A stretch of 57,822 nucleotides of DNA, filler included, from Globobulimina sp. (taxonomy: Eukaryota), in assembly GCA_003354225.1 (NCBI GenBank). It is 7 parts of 7 records of this genome, joined end to end, with 100 filler letters (N's around TTAATTAATTAA, not from the genome) between each part and the next. Parts side by side here need not be neighbours in the genome. Positions count along the whole stretch, not along the records: positions 1 to 8,277 come from PIVH01000090.1; positions 8,378 to 16,602 come from PIVH01000091.1; 5 more parts are not named here. One strand, given 5' to 3'. Every line of letters begins with the position of its first letter. Position 1 is the stretch's first letter. Position numbers and translations under genes: made by a program. The notes under the pieces are model-generated. The model was given only the letters and a program-made list of their open reading frames with translations. It had not been told where the DNA came from and did no database searches. This document shows, in pieces, positions 1-10,808 of this stretch.

Positions 1-45
1 TGTTTTTGAATATTTTTGGGACAGTTCCTTAAGAAATGTGGTCCC
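1..45. repeat. Terminal direct repeat, copy 1 (equals 8233-8277 with one mismatch, G8 vs T8240)
   Basis: tgtttttgaatatttttgggacagttccttaagaaatgtggtccc vs tgttttttaatatttttgggacagttccttaagaaatgtggtccc. Confidence 0.95.
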
Positions 46-772
46 CGACAATTATAACATTTTAAACCTTGTTTATTTCCAACATTATTTCCAACATAAT
101 TTCCACCATTTTTCCTACCATCATTTTCATCATTTTTCATTGTTATATCATTATCCTGCAAATCAGCCCAATTACTAACATTTCCAACATACAAAACCTT
201 ACATTCATCCGGTAAATTCTCAATTGCATACAACAACTTATCATCCGAACTACTATATTGCTTCCATGCGTGTGTAAATTCTGACGATTTCCAACTTACC
301 ATACCATCGTCCTCGCTATCTCTCCATCTATTTACATAGAAAGCAATTGATGTAACTTGCCAGAATTTGCTCGGAGTTATCATTTTATCATTTATCAATG
401 TAAATATTTGCGTTTTTGCGAATATTCTCATATCATTTATATTCCTAATGATTAATGAATATAATTGATTATATTTTACGTCCTTCGCCGAATACGACAA
501 TAATGCATCAATTGACCTTAAAGTCATGGTACTCCATAACGTATAAAATGTTATTTTCGAACCAATAAACTTTTTTAATGCCAACTTTATATTCGCCCCC
601 CAATTTAAGTGTATCTTCCAATTTTTAACCCACATAAACTTAATCAAATAAAATACGTCGCCATAACCATAGATCAAAAAATGTATATATTCTTTCAATG
701 CAATTTTCAATTCAGTTTGTTTTAATAGGTTAATACCATCATTTTTATTAATTCTATCATTCAACATTTCTC
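1..772 (-). CDS. Element 1 Gag-like exon 2, 5' part (continues across the contig join into 8232-7800); absent from the ORF track
   Basis: Manual translation is open from 800 to 1: EMLNDRINKND...KQGLKCYNCRGPHFLRNCPKNI. Acceptor ttttatgttgtttgtAG at 774-773. Confidence 0.8.
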
Positions 773-1143
773 CTACAAACAACATAAAATACAAATTAAA
801 CTAAAATCATTCATATACAAATCAGAACCAATCAACTTTATTTAATAAATAAATTCGAATATTTTTAAACTTTTTAACAACTTTTTTAAATGATATGCAT
901 ACAGTTTCATATGTGGTGTAAATAAAAATTATATCAACAAATTTTTATTGGCGCAATAACAAAGTTTACAATGTGAAACCTCTCATCATCATAATACTTA
1001 AAACAATATGACCAAACAAACACAATGCACGCTCGCATTGGAAACACAGTTTTTTGATTGTTGGACAGGGAAAGCGTTTTAAAAAAGAAAAATAAACTTT
1101 AAAAAGATAAAAAATAATAAAAACAGGGGTATATGATACATAC
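773..1143 (-). other. Predicted phase-1 spliceosomal intron (371 nt) in element 1 ORF1/Gag
   Basis: Donor GTATGT after gca acg a; acceptor tgtAG|ga gaa atg. Splicing gives an in-frame 800-aa protein. The unspliced ORF tail (MYHIPLFLLFFIFLKFIFLF) looks like translated T-rich intron. Confidence 0.7.
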
Positions 1144-2341
1144 TCGTTGCAATGTGTATCATCGCATTCCGCGTATCAACCGGCGTCAAATGCGGCTTCC
1201 TTAATATATCCCACATATTACTCGTGCTTTCCAGCATTAATTCATTCACCGCACCCATAGATCCTTTTGGACTAAAGACCTTTTTAAGATGTTCAATATC
1301 ATCTAATGACGGCTTATATTTATTGCCGCTGTTACCTAATCCGCGATTTTGTGCATAATTTTGTATATTCTCCATGGTATTCATCTGATATTGCTGCGCT
1401 TTACTATCTCTAATCTGCTTCTCCAATTTATTAATATACGATTTTAGCGTATCCGTGTTATCCTGGTCCATTCCTTGACCGACCTTCAAAATATCATCAA
1501 TCTCCGACCTCGTTACCTCGTCTATGTCACCCTCCTCTTTATCCATCTTCTCTTCTCCACCTCCACCACTTCTGGCTATATCTCTTAAACTGGCGGGCGT
1601 TTCAACTGCCTCTTCTTCCGAAGCTTTGGGCTTTGGCTTATTAAATGCCTCAAACTGCGATGCAACCCCACCTTGAAACGCCTGAAAAGCTGCCGCAGCA
1701 AAGCCCGACAATTCAGACAATGTAAAAATAGTATAAATTTCACACGGCTTTAAATTCGATGCCTTTCCCTTAAAAATATTCTTCGAATTTAAACCCAACG
1801 CCAAATCTTCCATTACCTTCGAGAAATTCCGCCGTAATTCAATTATTGTCTCCACCTCTTCGCTCACCAAACCATAATCGTCCAATCTACAATAATCTAC
1901 ATCTACAAACGTTAAATCATTCTCATCGATGCTTAAATTTATTGCAATTTTTTTATAGATAGTGTCCCATAGATCCCTCAATGTCAATAAAACATTAAAT
2001 TCTAAACAACTCAATACTTCTTTGAATAATACAACCATCAAAGTGGCCAACTTTTGTTTACGTGTCTGCTCATTCAATTTATTCTTATCAAACGACGTAA
2101 ACAAAACCCTAAATATCTCCGTAACACATTCACCCTCGACACCAATCATCATTGTAGCATTTGCAGTGTTGACAATATTCATGTCCCTATCTGCCGATTT
2201 ATTAAATGCTACATTCCATGCATATCCCGGAAATAATAATAACGTCGAATTCAACCAATCATTCAAATCCCTGATCTTCAAACCTTTCTGCATTGCCGTA
2301 GCCTTTTCCTTCGATATGCTACCAATTAAATTTAACGCCAT
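1144..2341 (-). CDS. Element 1 ORF1 / leader exon (399 codons); helical Gag-like N-terminal region of unknown family
   Basis: ATG at 2341 with an in-frame stop at 2351-2353 upstream; first ORF of the element. Unspliced, it runs to the stop at 1079. Confidence 0.75.
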
Positions 2342-2802
2342 CGTACGTAGTTATCTCTGACCTATCTGACTATTCGTCTGACTTTTAATGACAATTTTGT
2401 TTTGTTGCTAAGCTATTTTTTGCAACGACTTATTCTTATTCTTTTTCTTGCTCACGACACTATGCAAGGAAAAAGAAAGAAAAAATTCAAAACACAAAAA
2501 CGAAAACACTTTCAGTCAGTCACTTGAATTATCTTTAAATTAAATGAAACCTTCGTCGCTTACACAACGTTCTGTTTTATTATTAATTTATCGATGTGGA
2601 TAAAACAACATATTAATTTAAACTTAATTATTTATACAACATAATACATATTGACAATAACAACAAATACCTCAATACCAAACCTATACCAATCTCCACC
2701 TCGTCATTATCAAAATACAATATATTATATATAAATTAATACTAAATATACACAAATAACTCCACATCGTATAATAAAAACAGATTAAATCACCTACATA
2801 AA

Positions 2803-4254
2803 TCACCCCCCTCTCAGATCAATTTCATATTCACACAATCTCTCCTGATATGTGTTCATAAACTCCATCGAGAATTTTTCCTTATTATTGGGAAATTCTC
2901 TCACCAAATCACATTCTGCTGCATCCATATCAATGGCAATGTTATTTTTATTTCTACCATAGATAAAGATATTTGCGATACAAATTAAATCCCTCTGTCT
3001 ATGTATCAAATATCTATATATCGCAGCCGTTAATTTCCATCTTCCTGCGAACGCAATCAAACTCATTGTTACTCCCTTCTGTTGTAAGGTTGTCGCAAAA
3101 CCTTTCCTCAACCCATGAAATCTATATCTTTCTGGCTCCCAAAAACCCATTTCTTTTATTACTAATTTCCAATACTTTTTGATTGTTCGTAATTTGAAAC
3201 TTCTTTTAATTGGTTGAAAAACATAATAATTTCTCAAGCTTTTCTTATGTATCTTTTTTAAATCTCTTTTTTGTGTTTGATATATGTGATATAATATTAC
3301 CGCCGGATCAATTTTATTCTTTGTCCTGCCAATTCTTAACATTACATCCTTCCCTTTTGTCTTTCCTTTCGAATTTCTCAATCTTACTCGAACGTGATGT
3401 AGCTCATCGAAGGCAAGGGAATAAGCATTGCTTTGATATATTGAGAACATTCCATCATTCTTCCAATAAAAATCTAAGTCCGACAGATAAATGCCATAAC
3501 CAACATATGCTTTATTGGTATTTTCATAGCATTCTGCCCCCCTTAAACCTAAGATGCCTACGAAAAGAAGAGATATCGCAAACATATACCAAAATAACCT
3601 CTTGGTATCTGTCCAAATCTTCTTAAACGATAACCATTTACTTTTTAATTCCTTCTCATAATCCGTTAGCCTTAAACCTTTATACACTTTAAAGGCCAGA
3701 ATATATTTCACAATTTGCAATAAAATATCCGCAGTCACCGGCAAAGTATCTGATCCTTTCCCCGGATTGGTTTTTTTAACGTACTGCGTTAATGCAAATA
3801 AGGCCGGATTATCTGACCATGACTGAAATTCGCCACATAACTGCGCGACAAAATCAATAGAGCGATATTTCAACCTCATGGTCTTCCAACAGTTTACCTT
3901 CGCCTGCACCATACAACAATGTATCGTATATATCTGCAAGAAAGCATCCGGAGTTGGAAACGTCCAAATCTCTTCATCAGATAATCCTAATTTCCTCATC
4001 GTTTTCCAATAATATAGGAAATTCTGCATATAGGTCGATTCTGTGGTTACCTTTACCCCGCCATTCAGCGCCATATATAATAACTCTTTATAAATCGGAT
4101 TTATTTTTGACCAAATTGGATGATTATATTGTCTTCCTCTAACTATATATCTCAGACAATACAAACTATATATCTCAGACAAAAGTACCAAAATAAAACC
4201 TGTCCTACAATAAAACAAAAACAATGACACCAACTTTTTAGCACACAAAGACAC
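2803..4254 (-). CDS. Tyrosine recombinase of element 1 (real coding start may be the acceptor at 4142)
   Basis: Catalytic set present: LGLRGAE (R), LRNSKG (K), HGLRKGFAT (HxxR), GRW (W), IYRY (Y). N-terminal T..TY......W helix as in DIRS/Ngaro YRs. Confidence 0.9.
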   Translation of the reverse strand: MSLCAKKLVSLFLFYCRTGFILVLLSEIYSLYCLRYIVRGRQYNHPIWSKINPIYKELLYMALNGGVKVTTESTYMQNFLYYWKTMRKLGLSDEEIWTFPTPDAFLQIYTIHCCMVQAKVNCWKTMRLKYRSIDFVAQLCGEFQSWSDNPALFALTQYVKKTNPGKGSDTLPVTADILLQIVKYILAFKVYKGLRLTDYEKELKSKWLSFKKIWTDTKRLFWYMFAISLLFVGILGLRGAECYENTNKAYVGYGIYLSDLDFYWKNDGMFSIYQSNAYSLAFDELHHVRVRLRNSKGKTKGKDVMLRIGRTKNKIDPAVILYHIYQTQKRDLKKIHKKSLRNYYVFQPIKRSFKLRTIKKYWKLVIKEMGFWEPERYRFHGLRKGFATTLQQKGVTMSLIAFAGRWKLTAAIYRYLIHRQRDLICIANIFIYGRNKNNIAIDMDAAECDLVREFPNNKEKFSMEFMNTYQERLCEYEIDLRGG

Positions 4255-5069
4255 ATAAACTACACATATTGCTACCTACAACTATACACAAAGTCAGATA
4301 GTATCACTCTGTTATACTTATTATAGGCAATATCGCCATATTATATTAACTCATCATAGCACATTGACAATAAATGTATCTATATCATTTGGGTCGGCGT
4401 CCCTTGAACGTCTGTCGACCGCTTCTAAACGTCTGCCACCCAAATGATACGTAAATATATCTGTATTACAATCAAATCAAAACCAATGTAACTGACAAAT
4501 AATCAATGTCGTAATTGTCTATTTTGGCGCTGATGCCTTTGTATATTATTCTAAAATCATTATTTTGACACCAAATACCTTATGACGCCGTTATTAATTT
4601 CATACCGATATAATCACTCAATTTCAAAATTTTACTGATTAACTTTGCATTTTAGCCCATTAATCGCCAAAACTAACTGCAAATATTCAATTTAAAGAGA
4701 AATAAATCAAAACCGAATGATAAACATATAAAGAAAATCAATGTAAATTATTATACAAAGTATACAATTTTCAAGTTATTCAATCAAAACACGACTAATT
4801 TAATGCACAATATCATTTTAAACCAAATTTCAACTAATTCTCAATGCAAATGCTAAATCAGTCCGTCATTGCGATGGCAAACGACGTCAACAAAAACACA
4901 GCCCATTACACAAAATAATACTATTCATTTATTACAATAATATTCATTGTTAATACATTACAGATATCACATTATTGCATTAATCAAATATTATATTACG
5001 AATCAATATAATCAATATAAATGAATTGGGAATTAACATTAATTTGGATTACGAGGCAAAAATCATATA

Positions 5070-7225
5070 TTACCATTCATGTATGTTAGGAATCTGACAT
5101 TTTCTCGAAAAATCAGATAAAATCCATCCATTTCTCCTACATTTTTTCCTTGCCACTTTCAATAATGTTCTTATATCAAACCTTGAGGCTAAGTCAGGAA
5201 TTTTATTCGCCTTCGAATTAACATAATCAATATACAAATTTACCGATTGTTCGACGGCAAACATACAAAGCCAACGTACCCCGTCTTGTAAGAATTCATC
5301 GTCTGAATTTTTATTAATTATCACTGCTTCAACGTGTTTATTATCTGTCTTTAATAATATCTTTGTATGTGATTTAATCAAATGTCTAAATGTAAACAAT
5401 CCTATGATGATTGCCAACATTTCAAAATGTGCAATCGCAAATTCTTTAACATATTCCGTCCTCAATGATCTATAAACATTTGTAAATTCATTGGGCAAAG
5501 GGATTGCAAACCAATTGCCTTTGTACCAACAACCGATAGCCGGACACCATCCTAATTCACGACATCCATTCGTCGCCGCATCAAAATGTATTTCATCCTC
5601 AGGGTATATTGGATCAACCACATCAAAAATTGATGCTTTATTTATTAGTCTAATATACTTCTTCCACCACAATAAATCTAAAATTTGCCACCTTTCCAAT
5701 ATTATAATCACATTCTTCCTTCCATATAATTTAATATATTCATATAATTTATCTCTTAATCTCTTCAAAAAAGCCTTTCCCGGCCATTTTAAGCACGAAA
5801 AATCCTGCAATTTCCCTATAATTGATTCATATGTCTCTAACGGGACCACCTGATGTATCAAAACCTCATTTATTAACTCTTCAACTTTCTTAATTTTAAC
5901 TTCCTTCATTTGTACCAACATATCATTTGTGTTAATATCATAACCAATCATTTCTAAAAGAACTGCTGGTCCCTCTCTCTTCTTCTTCTTTTCAATAAAA
6001 CCTGCTTCCTTTATAAAACCACAAAATCGATCAAATATATTATCCGCGACTGCTTGCGATGGAGGAAGAAATAGCATATAGTCATCAACATAATTATTAA
6101 CGATCCCTTTCAATAATTGTTTACAACCTAATTTTAACTCTATTACTTTCTCAAAAAACTCTGCATTTTTAAATAATAAAAATTCTTTATTCGATAAAAT
6201 ATCCATTGCTCTGTGTATATTAAATGATAATAAATGGATCCCATCAAATAATAATCTATTTACAAATGACAATAATATATTTAAATTATTGTCCATCAAC
6301 CACCTCCTTACACAAATACTATTCCATTCTAATAACAACTTATTATCATAAATATAACTTATATTCTTTTCATTCATTTTTTTATTGCTTCCTTTATTAA
6401 ACTTTTTATGAAAGAATAATAAATTCCTTCTTTCAATACCTTCATTAATATCTTCCAATAACTCTAAACCATTTAATTTTATATTAAAATATCTACAAAT
6501 TAACTGTCCAACGTCCTGGGTATGTTTTGAACCAGATCTGGTTCCCCAGAAATCATAGAAATCCGCAACCAATTTTCCATCAAATTTGTATATGCAATTT
6601 TCAGGTTCAGTTATTGCTAAATATAACTGTCTAAACGCTGTCGCCAAATCTGTTTTGGCCAATTTAAACCCTGGACCCCATATCAAATACATTATATAAC
6701 AATATTTGCATATATCTAATAAATAAATTAATTCTATATGCGCCTTATGATCCGGAGTCAACATATTTAGCGATGGGTACTGTTCTGAACCTTTTGTACC
6801 ATCTCTTATAATCCTATATTCATAAATTTCTCCCGAGACTGGATCTACCACCTTCTCCCTCGTAAATAATGGAACGATACCATTTGGCTCTCCTAACCAA
6901 CCCACTGCTTTTCCTAAATTCATATTTCGCGTTAAATCCCTCGCAATCTCCATTCTACTCTTTCGATCCATAGTTTTTTCTGGATATGTCTCCTGATTTA
7001 ATTTCTTTCTCTCAGGGTTATCAATACCTATTTTCCAACCAAATTCTAAATTATTTTTCATTGCAATACATCTAAAACGATATATTACCTCTTCATTATC
7101 ACAACTCTCTATAAATGGGAGAATATATTGATACCAATACCATCTCTTTACATATAAGTCAGATACTTTATATTCCGAGTTTCTATATGCAATCCTAAAT
7201 TGTTCCATTATTATTTTCTCATTTG
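5070..7225 (-). CDS. Reverse transcriptase-RNase H of element 1, with an insertion of about 115 aa before YVDD
   Basis: RT motifs KTDLATAFRQL, FWGTRSGS, YVDDY, EMIGYDIN. RNaseH motifs FDAA, HFEMLA, KTDN, NKIPDLASR. The track start is TTG; acceptor tatatAG at 7227-7226. Confidence 0.92.
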
Positions 7226-7799
7226 CTATATACAAATAATTTGAAATATATATTTATAAACACGTACGTATAACTACTTTAACACCACATATGTTTATAC
7301 TGTTTCAAATAGAATTTTCGCCATAATTCTTTAAAATACATTCCGTATTTTGCAACCAGCTCAATTTTAAATCTCTTTTGCTTCCATACCAAATTCTCTT
7401 CCTTTTAATATAAACGCACTTTTAATAAAAAGTGTAACTTCAACGAAGAGTGGCAAGGTAAACAAAACACATTTTTTCTGTGCAACTCAATGTATTTAAT
7501 AATAATTAATACAAACGGAGTTTAAGTTTACTGCAGATTTTAAAATCATATTCAAAAATACCCCTTTTTCTTTTTCACACAGATAAAAACAATTAATTAT
7601 TATATTAAATCATTAATCTTATTATAAATCATTCAAACACAAATAATAAACATGCATCATTTATCATTATTATATTCAACTAAACCAAAAATATATCAAT
7701 AATAATCATAATAAATGCCAATATATTAAATGCAACCGTATCAATAATAACATTAATATTCATTTTATTAAATATTAAATATTCAAATTTAAAACATTT

Positions 7800-8277
7800 C
7801 TATGCTCCACGACCTGCAAAACGTTTTAACTGCGCATTAGGACATTCATACGCAGTGTGTTCATTTGCTAGGCCACATCTTTCGCAATAATGTGGATAAC
7901 CGCATAATAAAAAGTTGTGCCTAAAATTGCATCGTTGATGCCTCTCTTTCCAGAAATAACACGCCGGATCACCATAATATTTCTTTTTAATAAAATAATT
8001 TCCATTGTTCAATTCATATAAATCTTCACCTCTTTTTTCTCTCTTTGGCCCTCTATTTCTCTGCGCCACCGACGTATTATCATCACGATCAAATCTTACT
8101 TTCTTTGGAGGCGGAAAATACGGATTACGATTATACTGCGATTGATTCGATGGCGACTCATAATGACTTCCTTCATTCTTTTCTCTCAATCTCCTTTTTA
8201 ATTTTTTATTATTCCTCACCAAATTCTTATTGTGTTTTTTAATATTTTTGGGACAGTTCCTTAAGAAATGTGGTCCC
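7800..8277 (-). CDS. Element 1 Gag-like exon 2, 3' part, with CCCH finger and CCHC knuckle
   Basis: CYFWKERHQRCNFRHNFLLCGYPHYCERCGLANEHTAYEC. The frame is open up to the contig end (GPHFLRNCPKNIKKHNKNLVRNN). Confidence 0.85.
8233..8277. repeat. Terminal direct repeat, copy 2 of contig 1
   Basis: 44/45 identity to 1-45. Confidence 0.95.
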
Positions 8278-8377
8278 NNNNNNNNNNNNNNNNNNNNNNN
8301 NNNNNNNNNNNNNNNNNNNNNTTAATTAATTAANNNNNNNNNNNNNNNNNNNNNNNNNNNNNNNNNNNNNNNNNNNN
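8278..8377. other. Artificial contig linker (N run, TTAATTAATTAA, N run); also at 16603-16702, 24916-25015, 33195-33294, 41425-41524 and 49631-49730
   Basis: Identical 100-nt spacers carrying stops in all six frames. Confidence 0.99.
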
Positions 8378-8496
8378 CAAAAAGTTGAAGAGAAGTTTTT
8401 GTACACACTTCAAAAAAGATACACACTTTTTTGACAAACGCACACAACACCAAACTTAAAATAATTAGATCAAAATGAAATGTTAATATAAGTTAT
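8378..8496. repeat. Exact 119-nt terminal direct repeat (equals 16484-16602)
   Basis: caaaaagttgaagagaag...gttaatataagttat is identical at both contig ends. Confidence 0.97.
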
Positions 8497-8913
8497 TTCA
8501 AGTTGGTATAACGTGATGACCACTTTATTTATATTGACAAACGGGAGAAATAAATTAAAATTAACAATATTAAACTATTTGGTTGGTAGAAATAAACCAA
8601 TCAATAGTATTATTTTATGATACAATAAGACATAAAATATAATAAAACCCCGTTGCCCGTAGGTTAAAATTTTTGCTTTATAAAACCTGTGGCCGTTAAA
8701 GGAATTTATAAAGGAGCTTTTTGCGGAGATATAAAATTTTTGAGAGGGAAACAAAACCCAAACTCAATAATAGACACACAGAACAAAGGCAAACTTATAT
8801 GCAAAGGTGCCATATTAACACCGCATTGGAATTGAATCACTATGGGGAGTTTACACAAATTTGGTTATACTTTATTGTTTTTCTAAGAAAAGAGAGAATA
8901 TATTTGTATATAT

Positions 8914-10130
8914 TTACCAATGTTTATATTCAACATTATTTGCCCATGGATCATATATACCGCCTATATTTTGGTTGCGATGTAAGGTATTAAGTCCGTT
9001 ATAATTATATCCATGGATTAGTTCTTTAATAAACGTTGCTAACATGATTTCAGTGTAACACATATATCTATAAGATACATGTGGTAAATTGTTGGGTTTC
9101 CAACCAACATATTTTAATATTTTAGGATGTGGTATATGATTATTACTGCCTAGAGAAGAACCGCCAATTCTAAAAGCATACGAGGTATATCTCTCTGGCT
9201 CGGGTATTCTATTAATTATTGTTATCTCTTTTGCAATTTCACCTAAGTCCGAGACTACAGCATCTTTATTATTTTTGAATCTTAATAAATTTACTTTTTT
9301 GTTTATAGCAAAATATTTATTCTGCAACGCATATTTATAAGTTCTGTCTAAGTAAATACTTAATAATAAATAGGGATTTATATAGTTGCAGGGACAGTGT
9401 TTATTTGTATTTGTAATATACTTATTTCCACATCGCGAATCGCCAATTATTACTTTTTTAATTATACTTTTAAATTTTTGATTTTTGTATGATACTACCA
9501 TTAATTTGAAATACCAATCTAATTTGTTCGGAGCTGTGTTTATATGGAAGATATTTTCTAATTTAACTCCGAATTTGGATTTACTTGATTTATTCAGTAA
9601 TAATTCGCATGGTCTTGACATTGTGCAGAAGTAAATTTGTGCAATTAATACTTTTAGTAATTTATCAATGTCAATTGAAGCCAAATGACTTCCATATGCT
9701 TTATATAATTTTGTATATTTAATTAAATGGGATAACTCGAATGGGAGTCTGCTTTCAGCCTCTTTCCAGTATTCAATTTTTAATCCTTTCTTAAAATCAT
9801 CAAAATCTATGTCTGTTTTCCATTCGGTATTACCACCGCATAGTTTGCACAGCCAAATCAATGTTGATTGCCATGTACAAATCGATTGGACACTTCCTAA
9901 TTGGAGTGCTCTCTCAGAGAACCAATATGTTACTGTTAATGGATCGATTGGCATATTAAAAGGGTCTTCATCGATCAGTGCGCAATATTTCGACCAGTTT
10001 CTTAAATTTGAAATATAATGAATTTTAGTGAGATGTACTTTATCTCTGCTCCTAATTTTTTGAATGTGTAATGTATTTTTTACGTCTTTTGGAGCAATAC
10101 GATTCGAAGCTAAACGCTTATGAAAGAATT
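8914..10130 (-). CDS. Tyrosine recombinase of element 2
   Basis: TKIHYISNLRNWSKYC N-terminal helix, TMSRPCEL (R), SYKN (K), YAFRIGG (Y in place of H in HxxR), VGW, SYRY. The track start is GTG; acceptor gtgttAG at 10132-10131. Confidence 0.88.
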
Positions 10131-10808
10131 CTAACACATACACAAATATTTAAAAAATAAAAAATAAAAATAAATTTGATTGTTTGCAATAAATTTTGAT
10201 TGTTTGCAAAATATTTAAAGTATATAAAAAATAGAAAGACAAAAATGATAAACAATAATGCCCAGAACGATTAACAAAAGACAGAATTAAAAGTGTAATT
10301 GTTTAAAGCTTGTTGGGTTTCATTAGGGTTTCGAAGGTTTTTTAAGAATTAATATTTAGCTCGGAACGTTTTTCAGTCACTTTGCTTCCCTACATCAGGG
10401 GAACTCGACTTCGAGCAAAGAAACAGAAAATATAATTGCTCATTTTGTCAAACACCAAAGAATTTTAGGTCTGAGCAGACCAAGAAACCTTTAAAAATTG
10501 GATAAACGTTTATATTGAATATAATATTAACACATTAATAGAATTAATTTAAATATGAAGGAATCAACGAAAATTAACATAGGGATTAAAAATCAAGGCA
10601 TTATCATTGGATTGATGATAATATTAAATTTAGAATTCATTTTAAGCGATTTTAATGACAATAAAATAGTGATTCAAATATATTTAACATTTATTTATAC
10701 GAAATTAATGTATACAAATTTATTTATTATAGTAAAGACAGAGCATTTTTGGGAATGCTGAATCTTATTTGGAATTCAATCACGAAAACAGATCGAGAAT
10801 CAAATAAT

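Larger units (their letters stand above)
1..8277 (-). mobile_element. Ngaro-like tyrosine-recombinase (DIRS-order) retrotransposon, element 1; circularly permuted unit of 8232 bp
   Basis: Co-oriented ORF1/zinc-finger Gag, RT-RNaseH (RIIRDGT..SLN, WGPGFKLAKTDLATAFRQL, YVDD, DIRS-type RNaseH) and YR. No methyltransferase domain follows RNaseH. The contig ends overlap by 45 nt and the Gag frame reads through the join. Confidence 0.9.

Noticed and set aside
2503-2518. aaaacactttcagtca shared with 18995-19010 as a possible integration target
   Set aside because: One 16-nt AT-rich match is about what chance gives in 58 kb, and there is no flanking support.
8278-8377. TTAATTAATTAA palindrome inside N runs, and apparent adjacency of the two YR elements
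   Set aside because: Artificial linker; the contigs are ordered by length, so neighbourhood across linkers has no biological meaning.
8378-8496. 119-nt terminal repeat read as an LTR
   Set aside because: An exact end overlap is better explained as assembler circular overlap; the true termini cannot be fixed from this sequence.
10380-10420. CTGATGT on the minus strand as a hammerhead core
   Set aside because: It is not CUGANGA, it lies in a hairpin loop, and there is no correctly placed GAAA/NUH.
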